DNA of 64,000 nt from Cenococcum geophilum (lineage: Eukaryota). Location: assembly GCA_050273025.1 (NCBI GenBank), contig CP158636.1, positions 8,990,001-9,054,000 of the forward strand, in the 5' to 3' direction. Below the pieces are notes generated by a model. It saw only the letters and a list, made by a program, of their open reading frames with translations, was not told the DNA's origin and did no database searches. Position numbers and translations under genes: made by a program. Below, in pieces: positions 37,579 to 50,253 of this stretch. Position 1 is the first letter of the stretch. Every line of letters begins with the position of its first letter.

Positions 37579-40500
37579 GAGATTGTCGAAAAGGAGCTCT
37601 TGCTGCACCTGGCCCAAAAAGACCAAAACCAACCAAAAGAACCCTAAAAAACACCTAGAGAATCCCCCTGAGATATATGCATCGCAGGGGAGGCATATAT
37701 TAAACGACAGTGGCTCGCACTTACGCGCGACCGCTAGAACTACGCCTAGCAATAGCCCTCTATAATAAAGATAGGCAAATACCACACTATAAAGTGGAAA
37801 TACCTCTATTAAGAAGGCATCTAATAAAATATAAAGCCTATTAGACGCGTCTAGTATCTAAAATTATGGGGAAGTAACCGTTAGCTATAACGAACTAATA
37901 CAGCTAGTAGAATGGCTCCGCTAGTCTAGCGAACCTTAGGCGCCCCTCTAGTAAACCCTTAATTAAATCCTCTAATAGCTAAGTAAAATTAAAAATAAGT
38001 ATAACCCCCCTTTACCGGCGAACCGTACCTAGGCCGCTGTAGCTGCGCTTTTATAGCATAGAGAACCTACCTCCCTTAAGTTAATAACTAGGTATATAAT
38101 TATAATATAACCAAACATAGAATAAGTAGAGGGGCTTAGGGGATAATTAGAAACAGAAGTCTTTATAAAGATATATAAAGAGGTCTATAATACTATTATA
38201 GTCTAACACCTTAAAAGCGGAGATATTAAAGTTACCCTAAAGGACTAATAGGTAAAGGAATAAGCTATAAGGGTAGGGGATAGGCTAGGAAAATATATTG
38301 GTATAAAAGTACTCTGTAAGGATTACCTAGTTAAAGTCCTAGTGGTTCCTATAAGCCTTAAGGTAGAAAAGGGACGCTAGGTAGACAATATAGCAATTAT
38401 ATAGGAGATAGTAAGATAAACGGAACGCCTTATACTAGGACTTGAAATCACCCAAATCTAATAGCTTTAATAGGAAAATGTAAACTAAGTATATAATGAG
38501 AATAATAAGAGGATATAAGGGTCGCCGGAGACTTGCTAGGGAGACGCCGGATGAATATATAGCTCCCTTATTATTAGCACACATATACTAGGAATGTAAA
38601 AACTCCTTATCTAAAAAGGAATAATTATAAAAAATAGCCCTATATATAATATAAGGCTCTATAACTACAGACTACGCCTAGAATAATGCTATCGCTATAT
38701 ATAATAGGGACACACCTAATCTATATACGCAGTATAGGTATACTGCGGCCACTATATAGGCCCCTATAATACGAGATATTGCTTAAATTAAGACTAAATA
38801 AAATGCGCAAACTACCACTAAAGCATATATAAGGCGTGGGAGAGAGAAGACTGCATTAAATATAGGAGACGGAAGGTAAGGGCTTAACAGCTATGGGAAT
38901 AACTACACGCTAGGTTATATAAATAGAAATAATAGGTAATAAGCTAAGGGGACGCAGGCGCCTTCCTAGTATTTCCTACCTTTAATACTAGAGGGCTAGG
39001 CTAGTTATCCTAAGCCTTAACGGGCTAGAAGTAACGCCGTGCGATATTACTAGACCAATTAGGGATATAAGGGTCACAGGGGATATAAGGGAGAGAACGC
39101 CCTATAGGAAGACCCCTATAGATAGCAACAGCAGGCTTAAAACCAAGATAATTAAGAATTAAACTTAATACGGCAAATATAACATTTATAGCCAACCTAT
39201 AAAGGGTATATAGCCAACTAGTAAAAACAGGGGAAGAACTGGTAATAATAATAGATTTAGATATAGAAGCGCTAATAGGAATATAAGACACGGGAATAGA
39301 AAGCTCTATATAAAATAAGTAGTAACTAGGGTATAGATATAAGAGACAGAAGCTCTAAATATTCTAAAGAAAGTAAAAATAGAAGAAGTAAGAAATAAAG
39401 AAAAGTTAAAGGACCCTTACTAGGGGTCCGCTACCTATCTATTATATAGTATAACTGCGGCAATATAAACTACCGCCTTATAAGGCCCCTACTAGATAGT
39501 CTAGACCTAGAGAAATATTATATCTTTGCTATATAAGAACCGTATTATAATACCTTTATATAATTAATATACTGCCCCTAAGGATTCCAGCTCCTATATA
39601 AACTAAAAGCAGCCATACGCGTATGCTTTATAATTAGTAAGGCTATTAGCCTATCCTTATAGTTATAGTAGGTAGTTAACCCAGATATTATAGTTATAAT
39701 AATCTAAACATATAGGGGACCGGTATAAATTATTAATGTATATAACCCTAGGGTTAAAGGGGTCCCATAAATAAAGAATATTATATCGGTAATAAGCTTA
39801 CTAGAAACCGAAGGTATAGAGTTTATCCTACTAGAAGATATAAACCTCCACTACCTATAGTAGGGGGGTATCCATATTGCTGCAGATTAACAGTTAAAGT
39901 GCTTACTAAGAGCTATAAATATCTAGGGCCTTAAGCTAGCTACCCCCCTAGGAGCAATTATATGGCAATAAGGCACCGCTAGAAGTATAATTAACCTTAT
40001 ATTTATAGACGAAGGCCTATACTAGAGACTTAAAAGGTATAACCCTAAAGAAAAATAGGCACTTACCCTAGACTATATCCCTATCTAGATATAGCTAAAC
40101 CTAAATACTAAAGCGTAATTAAATAGAAAAAGATACGTAATAAGGAAGCTTAAGATAAACAGTTTCCTTAATATAGTTAAATAATAACTTTAAGACCTAG
40201 AAGAAATCCACCCAATACTAAACAAGTGAGGCTTATTAGCTACCCCTAAGGAAATTAACTAAAGACTAGAAAGGATCTAGGTAGCGATTAAAAATAGGCT
40301 AGAAGAGCACTACCTAATCTTAAAACTGGGCCCCTATACGCGATATATATAGTCTATATAATACGCAGTTCTAGTTGCCAGCTAATAATAAGTAAGAAGG
40401 AAATATATAAGTAGCTATAACCCTAAAGACGAGAGATAATATAAAGATATAAGAAACTAGCTAAAGAATACCCTAAAAAAAGAAGCAAGGAATAACTGGA

Positions 40501-43131
40501 GACGGTTTATAAATAAGTATACTTTTAACCTAAGCCTCCCCTATAATAAGGGCCTTTAGGCTATAGCGAAATGGGTAAAGAAAAAGGTAGGGCGCCTAGC
40601 AGAAGACCTACACCTACTACCCCTATAAAGAGTAGAAGAATTATAGGCTATAAATAATAACGATAAGAAGGCAAAGATCCTTATAGAAAGGTTCTTCCCC
40701 TAACTAGCTTTAGTAGACCTTAGTAATATTACGGGCAAAATACCAGTAACTTACCTATGGGTTAATAGCGACATAACAATAGAGGAAATGGCTAGAACTA
40801 TTAGCCGCCTTTTAAATAATATAGCACTAGGACTAGATAGGATTCTAAATAAGGCCCTAAAAACCTATAGGCCACTTATAGTACCTTAGCTTGCAGATAT
40901 AGCCAAAGTATACTTTACTATAGGCTACTACCTATAACTTAGAAGATCTATAACGACGGTTATCTTATAAAAAGAAGGTAAAGTAGATTACTTAATCCTA
41001 GGAAGCTACCACCCTATTGCCTTAAAAAATACCCTTAGTAAGATCTTAGAAAGGGTAATAGCGGAATATATAGCAGACACGGTAGAGGAACACGCCCTAC
41101 TACTATAAAGCTAAATAGGGGCAAGAAAGAACCGCTTAACACTATTAGCACTTACGCTACTCGCTACTACTATTAAATCTATATAGGCGATGCGAAAGGA
41201 CTTTATAGTATTAATACTTAGCCTAAATATTAGTGGTGCCTATAATAATATACCCTACGAGCGTCTCCTATATATTCTTAGGGTAAAGGGCTTTTTAGAA
41301 TAGATTATACAATTTATCTAAGGGTTTATAGGCCAGAAAGAAATATTACTAGTCTTTAGCGGATACTAGAGCCCCCCTATTATAGTTACAATAGGAATAC
41401 TATAAGAATTACCCCTCTTGCCTATACTCTTCCTTTTCTTTATAAGTAACCTACTTAACTTTTTTAAGGAAGGGGCGACCTAAGGAATAGGCTTTATTAA
41501 TAATATAAACCTAATTATATACGGGCCAACAGCTGTAAAGAATTACAGAACACTAGAGAAAGTCTATAATACTTATATAAAATAGGCAAAACGTTATAAA
41601 GTTTAATTCTTACTAGAGAAATACTAGCTAATCTATTTTATAAGAAAACGCAACAAATCTGCAGATCTCTAGCATATAATTTATATTTAAGGCTTTAGGG
41701 GTTAACTAGTTTAGGGCCTAAGGGTATTAGGAGTATAAGTAAATAGTAAGCTCTGGTGGAGCGTATATATGGTATAAGCGGCCTATAAAGGCTAAGCACA
41801 GTTCATTGCTTTATCTAGGATTATTAATTTTATATAGGGTCCATGCTTTTAAAGGTTATGCCTACTATATACAGTAGTTATCCGGCCAACCATAATATAT
41901 AAATCTAGTATTTGGGCCATTAGAGAAACTAAAAAGGGCCCCCCTAAATTACTCCTTAAACCACTTTAAAAGGTCCAGACAGCCTACCTCTAGAGTATTA
42001 TAGGCGGGTATAAGCAAACGGCCACAGTACTGCTTAAAAAGGAATCTAATATAGTTATATATTAAAGCCGCTATAATATAAAGAATATAAAATAAACGCA
42101 ACTCTAATATTATAAAGTATATTAAGATACGCCTAAGTAAACTATAGAGGGATTTTAGGGTGCCCTATAGGAGAATAAACTAATAACCCTAAAGTAGGGA
42201 AGAGATATTAAAGAAATATGTAAAAAAAAAGCAGAAGAAGAATAGTGCTGCTTTAGGGCCTAGGCCTATATAGAGGAGGAAGGGAGATACGTAAGAGGTT
42301 AGCAAAGATAACAGCAAGATAGAAAAAGGAGCTAAAGTAGAATATATAAGAACGCTAGGAAACCATCTACCGTAATATAATACTGGTTAGACTAATACTA
42401 GAGAGGTAAATAGAAGTTAAAGGTATAGAGGCTAATTTAGGCAAGACGAACCTAAGCTATAGCATAGTTAATATTATAGGGGGTAAATACCTAAGGGCTC
42501 TGAGAAGGCCTAATAAAGGCAGAAAATATAATAGTAATACTCTTAAGAATAGGAATAATAGGACTAAAAGATTGGCTTTACTAGGTGGGTATTCTAGTAG
42601 GTAGCCTAAGATATAAATATAGCTGGCTAAGACAGACACCAAAATACGTAATACTGCTATACCCCCTACGCACTAATTAAGAAATAATACTCTTAGCAGC
42701 TAGTATAGAGAACTATAATATACTGCTCTTAATATAAAAAGGCCTTAAGGTGGTTACCTAGTGGCTTATTAGTTAAAATATACTAAATTAGTTCTGGGTT
42801 ATAAGGGAAATAGTAATAGAAGGTAAGGGGGCGAGTAGTAGGTACCCCCTAGTAACTCTATAGTAGTAGAGTAATAGTTTATAATACTAGCGCGTCCGTA
42901 GGCTTATTATGGCAGCAGTGGTTTCTAAAGAGGTTAAATAGTAAGGTAGTAGAGCACTATAGGTAACTTGTAGGCGCTAAGTAGGCGAGTCCTAAAAGGC
43001 GGGGAGATGGATCACGGGGTTTTCTCATTTTTCTTAAATAGAGTTTTCTCCCTATATGTAAATAAGGAGTAGTCCGCGTGGGCCTAATAGGGATCCAAAT
43101 CGGACGTTAAGCAATGAATTATTATTATTAT
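37579..43131 (+). mobile_element. Tad1-like LINE (non-LTR retrotransposon), apparently full length, RIP-degraded
   Basis: 14-bp TSD TAATTTGTTTATAT (37565-37578 and 43132-43145) and an (ATT)n tail. ORF1 has three Cys/His knuckles (~38680-38860). ORF2 has an AP-endonuclease from ~39440 and RT ~40800-41750 (degraded APGPDGI, YRPIAL, LDISGAYD and GIPQGSPLSP motifs). Confidence 0.95.
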
Positions 43132-43530
43132 TAATTTGTTTATATCTTTAATGCAAAATAGAAATAAAGTATTTATGGGAATAATATAGAAAGTAATGCA
43201 CCCTAAGGGGATTTAGACCCTAATTATGCTAAGAGAGATTATAGTACCCTTACTAAAACAAATTGTATATTAGCCTACTGTTAAATAGTTAATCTAAACA
43301 AAGTTATTAAGCTACTAAAGGGCTTAAACTTAAGGTTCTTCTATTATAAATACTCCTGCGACTTTAGTATCTAGTATAATACTATATAAGATATTCGTTA
43401 AGTATCTATTATTAAAGGAGAACGCGGAGCTTTTCTTTAGCTTATTAAAGATATCTAACTTTATAATAGAATAGAGCGTAGATTAGTTATTAAGAATAGC
43501 GATAGCTTATATATCATCTACCTTACTATA

Positions 43531-43708
43531 TATAACCGACTACCGGACCTTGTATATTACCCTATTTCACCTACGTCAGCACTACCCTTATATGTCTTAG
43601 ATACGTTTGAAATGGGTTATGGGCTTTGGAGTTCAGGGTTTACTTTTATGTATTTATACCACTTGATTTCCATAGATTTACAATTAAGTCGGTCGTTTAA
43701 TACCCACA
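43531..43708. mobile_element. Probable solo LTR (178 bp)
   Basis: Weakly RIPped insert in Copia coding sequence; TA(TG)...CA ends; flanks CTATA/CTGTA. Confidence 0.55.
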
Positions 43709-45407
43709 CTGTAAAGCTTACACCATACTTAGTAAAGTATTAGTTAGGTAAGTAATCCTTAATTTCTATATCTATAAGGAGCTATTCGGCCTTATTAACC
43801 TTACCCTTAAGATCTTTTACGCCTTTATATTAAACTAGAAAGCTTTAAAAGTAGGCCGTAGCAACCTTATAATTTTTAACATTTCTTATACTTTAGCGAA
43901 ACTTATTATATACCTCCTTTTATTTATTAAGAGAATGCCTAATTAACTAGTAATTCGGTTTCTTGTAAACATAGCACTTCTTTTAGCGATTACTTTAAAA
44001 TAAACCTCTATAAGGACCTCTACCTTTATCTTATAGTTGTTAATTATACCCTCTGCCGTATTACCTACTACGGCTACTATATATTTAATTAGTCTAGTTA
44101 TAATTATATTAGTTAGGCGGGTTAATTAAAGTAGGTTAAAGTTAAGCGTTAAATTATTATACTTCTTAAGAGCGTAGAGCAGTGCTAATAAAAGATCTTA
44201 ATTAAGTATATATACCTTTATAAGTATTTACAGGATTAAAGAGAGTAAGATTATATTCTTTAACACCTTAATATACGCTAATAACTTAATTACATAGGCT
44301 AAAATCCTCTTAATATAATTTGGATAAACTACGCTAAATTAATTAAAGTTAATTAAAGAGCTTTTAAAGATAATTAAGCCGAGGAACACCTGGGTTTATA
44401 GTAATAATCCTTAAAAAGGTAGTCTCTCTCTATTCTAATATATACTACTATTTATTCTCTTCTGTTTTAAAGTAGTATCTTAACTTATATATTATACGGT
44501 TAAAATTATATCCTTTTCCTGCTAAACAATTATAATAGAAGATACTAGCTTAGCCCTTAAGCATAACAGAATAGGCGTTATAGTATTAATTAGACTCTAT
44601 TTTTACTTTTTAGTAATAGTTATAAAAGATACGTAGTTTCGAATTAAGAATATTATATAATTCCCTACTAAACTTCTTCTCCTAATTTAAATAGAGCTTT
44701 ATAAGCTTTATAAGCAATTTTAAACTACTTTTAATTTAAGATTAAGATAGAGGAAGTAGGAGTTATATTATAGGCTATAGTGGGGATATAAGTCTAATCG
44801 GTGGAGTTTAAAGGTTAGTAAATTATAAAGTAATAGGATCCTATACCTGCTCTTATTGGGGTATAGTATCTAAAGTTAAAGTTATAGGTTAAATTAGATA
44901 CAGAGGAGTTAAAGGTAGAGGTAGATTCGTCTCTAGAGGTATATTACTTAGATTCTATCGTAAGTTAAGCCTCCTTATAGTGCGTAGTTGGTGTTTAATC
45001 TCTTACAGAGTCTATTCGTGCTCTTTTTTTACATTAATAACCTACTTCTAAATGTTATCTCTAATAGTACCCCCGTCTATAGGTATAAACACTCTATACT
45101 CCCATAAGAAGTTACAGAAGTTTTATATAATATCCTTCTTTATAAAAGTTTATGTTCCCTTTATCCATCTAATAAAGTCCTCCTTTACATAGTACTATAG
45201 CATAGTGTTATTATATTTGCTCTCTTTATAGTATACTATACGGTATAATAAGAATCCGTTTAAGTCTTGCTAATTAATATCTTTAAGGTTAGTTATATCG
45301 GTGTTCTATATCTCTAGGTTAATGTCGTCCTCGTACTTCTTTAGGTAGGTTAACGCTATAATAGCTGTTTTTAAGGGTTGTTTAACGCGTTTTAATAAAA
45401 AGATTAA

Positions 45408-45800
45408 GGGGTCGTTCGGTTACAAGTTTAGATCAGAATGAGGGCTTTAGAATGGATCTGATCTAGAGCTCTAATCTGATTTTAAGGCGACCGTTCGGTT
45501 GAATTCTAGTTCAACTTGACTTCAGCCACAAATTTTTAATGTTCCTCTGACCGCCCAAAAAACACGCTAAAAGTTACTAGAAAGTTGGCAACTTTACCAT
45601 ATATAGAATCTGAACTAAGGTCTTAGCGTTAGTTTAAATAAGGAGCTTTAAGCTCTTTATTTAAATCTAAAGGCTTTAGATTGCATATGTCCGTGTAACC
45701 CGTAGAGACACAGACGCGTATTAAATTGGGAAGGAACGCGTTTATTCTGCCGGACTTTCAGTTTAGATTCAATCTAACGCTTTTGCAACTAAACGACCCC
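45408..45800. mobile_element. PIF/Harbinger-type (Tourist-like) MITE, 393 bp
   Basis: TIRs GGGGTCGTTCGGTTACAA and TTGCAACTAAACGACCCC; TAA TSD (45405-45407, 45801-45803). Confidence 0.85.
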
Positions 45801-47803
45801 TAAGGAAAATAAAGGTTATTTAATGTGTAGTTAGGTATTAATTGTAATCCTATAGTCTATGAAGGTATATAGAGGGTATTAAGGTAGTTATTTAACGCGT
45901 TTTAGACGTTAACTTAGGACCTTAGGTTTAGTAACACTTTTAACCTAAAGTACTTAACCAAATCTTTATAAACGCGGTTATTCTATATAATAGACGCAAC
46001 TTGGTATCTCCTAGTACTTAATAACACTTCTATTACTAGTTTTCTATTAGTTTAAGATAGTATAGTATTGCCGGGATCTATTCTATATAAGCGTATATAG
46101 CACCCCTATATAAGACTATCTCTTCTATTTAAAAACCTAGCTGCTTTATAGTTAACTATATATTTAACCACTGATTAGTATTAGTTACATAGGGTAACTT
46201 ACTAATAACGACTACTTGAGTAGGTTATAGTAATAATGGTTAATATGCTTATTGTTAGAATAAGAGAGGGCGAGGAGCTTAGGGCTCCTCGCTACGCTAG
46301 CGCCGTGGCAACACGTAACGATCGCTTGCCTCATTCCCAACAATACTTTAACAATATTATTATCTACTTAATAACTAAGGAAGAGCATGGAGAACACGTT
46401 AAATAGGTCTTAAGGAGACTATTTAAAAAAATAGATACTAGTAGCAATTAAGAAATATAAGTTCTTTATAAGAAAGACTAATTTTATAACGTTAGGAAAA
46501 AAATTACCAGCATTTTTACAGCATTTGGCAGCATTTAGCGGCTAAATGCGCATTCCGCGCACTATAACGTGTAGCGTATAGTATCGACTAAGGTGCGGCA
46601 TACTGCTATATTTAACAATACAGTGCAGCATACTGCTATATACTGCTATATTTAATAATATAGTGCGGCATACTGCTATATACTACTATATTTAACAATA
46701 TAGTGTAGTATACTACTATATTTAAACAATATACTGCGGTATACTGCTATATTTAATAATACACTGCGGCATACTGCTGTATTTAACAATATAGTGCAGC
46801 TAACTACGTATTTTGCACTTAATGCGCAATTAATATATAATGCCCTCCTTGCGCATTCTATATATAATGCCCTTTTTACGCATTCTGTATATAATGCCCT
46901 TCTTACACATTCTATATATAATGCCCTCCTCGCGCATTCTATATATTTTACTCACTTTAAGTAATAAATAAGTATTGCTCTTTCTATACAGTTAGTGTAA
47001 AATAAATTATATTATTTTAGATAATTTAATATATAGCGACGGTTCTCTTCTACCTACCTACCTACTAATCTACCTATCTGCCTACCTATCTATTTACCTA
47101 CCTACCTACCTACCTATATGCCTATCTGCCTACCTACTTACCTATCTACTTACCCGCCTACCTACCTACCTACCTACTTACTTACCTGCCTACCTACCTA
47201 CTTACCTACCTGCCTACCTACCTACTTACCTACTTACCTACTTATTTACCTACCTATCTATCTGTTTATCTATCTATCTATCTATCTGTTTATACCTACC
47301 CGTTTATACTTACCTATCTATACCTACCTATCTATATTACCTTAATTTAATCGATTAATTAAATCGTTTATTATATTCGCTAGCTAGTTGTTTAAACGGT
47401 TATTATATAGTGATAATGACGGTTATCTAGCTCTGGCGATAGTTATCTAGCTCCGGCAGCGGTTGTCTAGCTCTAGCAATAGTTATCTAGCTCTAATAAC
47501 GGTTGTTTAACTCTAATGACGGTCGTCTAGCTCTGACGACAATCGTTTAGCTCTGGCGACGGTTATCTAGCTTTAGTGATGGTTATCTAGCTCTAACGAC
47601 GGTTGTCTAGCTCTAACGGTCATCTAGCTTCAACAACGGTCGTTTATTAACTATTATTTTAGTGTCTTCCTAGGTAGGGAAAATATAAGGAAGGGTAAAA
47701 AATAAGGTGGCTACCTAGGTGTATATAGGGGGTATACTTAGTAGAGGTATATATAGAGGCTATTGGGAATATAGCGGGGACCTAATATAGAGCTTTATGT
47801 AAA

Positions 47804-49720
47804 TATTAGCAAAATGTTTATGCCTCCTAATAGTACTAATAGGTCCTAATAGGTCCTATTAGGGCTGTTAGGAGCTCTAGGAGACACTTATACTCGGCAT
47901 CCTACTAGGAGCCTATTAGGAGGTCGCCCGGACTACTAGGATTACTAGGACCTTTAGGACCTTTAGGACCTCTAGGACCTCTAGGACCTCTAGGACTATT
48001 AGGATAATTAGGATAATTAGGACTATTAGGATAATAATAAAAATTCTAGATTTAAAAATAAGAATAATAACAGTATTTGCAGCTAGTGAAAAAAATATAT
48101 AATTTAAAATTTAATTATATATAATCTAAATAATCTAAATTAATCTTTTCTATTTACCGCCTGTGTCTATTATAGAGCTCTATAATTGCTTAAGCGTTAG
48201 GCAATTAACTAAGGAGCCTCTCGCGGAGGCTTTAAATCGTTAATTGGCGGTATTCCCGACGACCCGGCCGTGTGCTGATTTCCTAACTAAGCCTAGTGCC
48301 TGCCTGCCTGCCTGCCTGCCTATCCTGCCTATTCTACCTATTCTACCTATCTATGCCTACCTGTGCCTATTATGCCTACCTGTCTATACCTACCTATCTA
48401 TATCTATAATTTGGGGGAGAGGTTAGCCTAATTAAAGATTCTGCTTAATTTAATTGATTATATTAATTCGAATCGCTCTTTATAGTTGTTCGCTAGCTAT
48501 ATATTTAAACGGTAGTCGTTTAGGGTGCCTCCTTAGGAGGCCTTAATTTAATTTAATTCGGTAACGGGCTAATATTAAGGCCCTAGTTCGATTTAATTAA
48601 TTAAATAAATTAATTATAGTGTTCGCTGGCTGGTTATTTAAACAATTATTATCTAGCTCTAGCGATAGTCGTCTAGCTCTAGTAATGGTTATCTAGCTCT
48701 AATAACGGCCGTCTGGCTCTAACGACGGTTATCTAGTTCTGGCGATGGTCTTTAGTTTTGGCGACGGTCTCTAGTTCTAGTAACGGTCTCTAGTTCTAGC
48801 GACGGTCCTCTCCTACCTACCTCCTGTCTATCTGCCTATGTTAGTATCTAATTTAATTCAGGGGAGGGGTTGGCCCGATTAAAGGATCTAATTAATTTAG
48901 ATCGTTCTCTATGGCCGTTCGCTAGCTATATATTCGAACGGTAGTTATCTAAGGTGCCTCCCTAGGAGGCCTTAATTTAATTTAGTAATGGGCCGATATT
49001 AAAGCTCTGGTTTAATTCGATTAATTAATTAATTAAATTGTTTATAGTATTTACTAGCTAGTTATTTAAAAGGTCGTTGTCTAGTTCTAGTAACAGTTGT
49101 CTAGTTTTAGGATAGTTGTCTAGCTTTAGGACAGTTATCTAGTTCTAGCAACAATTGTCTAGTTCTAGCGACGGTCCTCTATTAGCTGCTGTTTTAGTGC
49201 CTCCTAAGGTAGGGAGGATATAAGGAAGGGTAAAAAATAAGGTGGCTATAAAGGGGGTAACTTAGCAGAGGCATGTATAGGCTATTAGGAATATAGCGGG
49301 GATCTAATAGCACTGTGTGTCGCGCCTAATAGCACTATATATCGCGCGCGCGCGCACCTAAGGTAAGGGGGGGGGGGGGGGGGTTGCATGAGGGGGGGTG
49401 TCGCATTAGGGGTGTTGCTTAAGGGTGTGCAGAGGTATTGCTTTTGGGGGGGGTATTAGGAGGGGTGTTGCTTAGGGGTATCCTGCTAGGAACCTGACAG
49501 GATGATTAGGAAATACTAGTTTCCTATTAGAACCTAATAGGACCCTAATAGAAAATTAAAGATCCTAGTAGGAGCCTGTTAGGACAACTAGGACGATTAG
49601 GAAAATTAAAATCCTACTAGGAGCCTATTAGGAGCCTGTTAGGACCTCTAGGACCTCTAGGACAATTAAAATCCTATTAGGAGGCCTCTAGGATCTTAGC
49701 ACCCTAATAAAATGCTAATG
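47804..49720. mobile_element. CATCAG-ended non-coding element (1917 bp), complete copy
   Basis: Absent from the sister element (empty site near 51905-51912). 8-bp TIR TATTAGCA/TGCTAATG, AA on both flanks, and CTAGGA-type subterminal repeats at both ends. Confidence 0.85.
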
Positions 49721-49721
49721 A

Positions 49722-50253
49722 AGCCTCTATATATAGAGCTTTGTATAGAGCCTTATGCAGAGCCTTTATATATAGAGCTTTATATAGAGCCTTATATAGA
49801 GCTTTATATAAAGCTTTATATAGAGCTTTGCGTAAAGCTTTGTATAGAGCTTCGCGTAGAGCTTTATATAGAGCTTTGCGTTAAGCTTTATATAGAGCTT
49901 TGTATAGAACTTTGTGTAGAACTTTATATAGAACTTCGTGCAGAACTTTGTATAGAACTTCGTGTAGAACTTTATATAGAACTTTATATAGAACTTTGTA
50001 TAGAACTTTATGCAGAACTTTATATAGAACTTTATGTAGAGCCTTGTATAGAACTTTATATAGAGCCTTATATAGAACTTTATGTAAAGTCTTATATAGA
50101 GCTTTATATAGAGCTTTGTATAGAGCTTTATATAGAGCTTTATATAGAGCTTTATATAGAGCTTTATATAGAGCCTTATATAAAGCTTTATATAGAGCTT
50201 TGTATAGAGCTTTATACAGAGCTTTATATAGAACTTTAAACTTTATATAGAAC
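49722..50253. repeat. 12-bp tandem array (GAGCTTTRYRYA)n, ~44 units
   Basis: Read directly from the sequence. An inverted homologue lies at 51437-51920. Confidence 0.95.

Larger units (their letters stand above)
32685..46342 (-). mobile_element. Ty1/Copia LTR retrotransposon, both LTRs present, with four nested insertions
   Basis: 164-bp LTRs at 32685-32848 and 46179-46342; TSD ATACC/ATACT within the host YLDD codons. Domains: gag knuckle ~43935-43985, protease ~43340-43380, integrase ~36600-37450, RT ~33800-34394 and 36100-36200, RNase H ~33150-33700. Confidence 0.93.

Noticed and set aside
4571..42642. Remaining short ORFs as host or effector genes
   Set aside because: All lie within transposon bodies, mostly antisense or off-frame, with no recognisable domains other than the Copia RT and gag remnants.
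47118..48426. PTYL/PACL ORFs (also 34526-34777)
   Set aside because: They are translations of tetranucleotide microsatellites.
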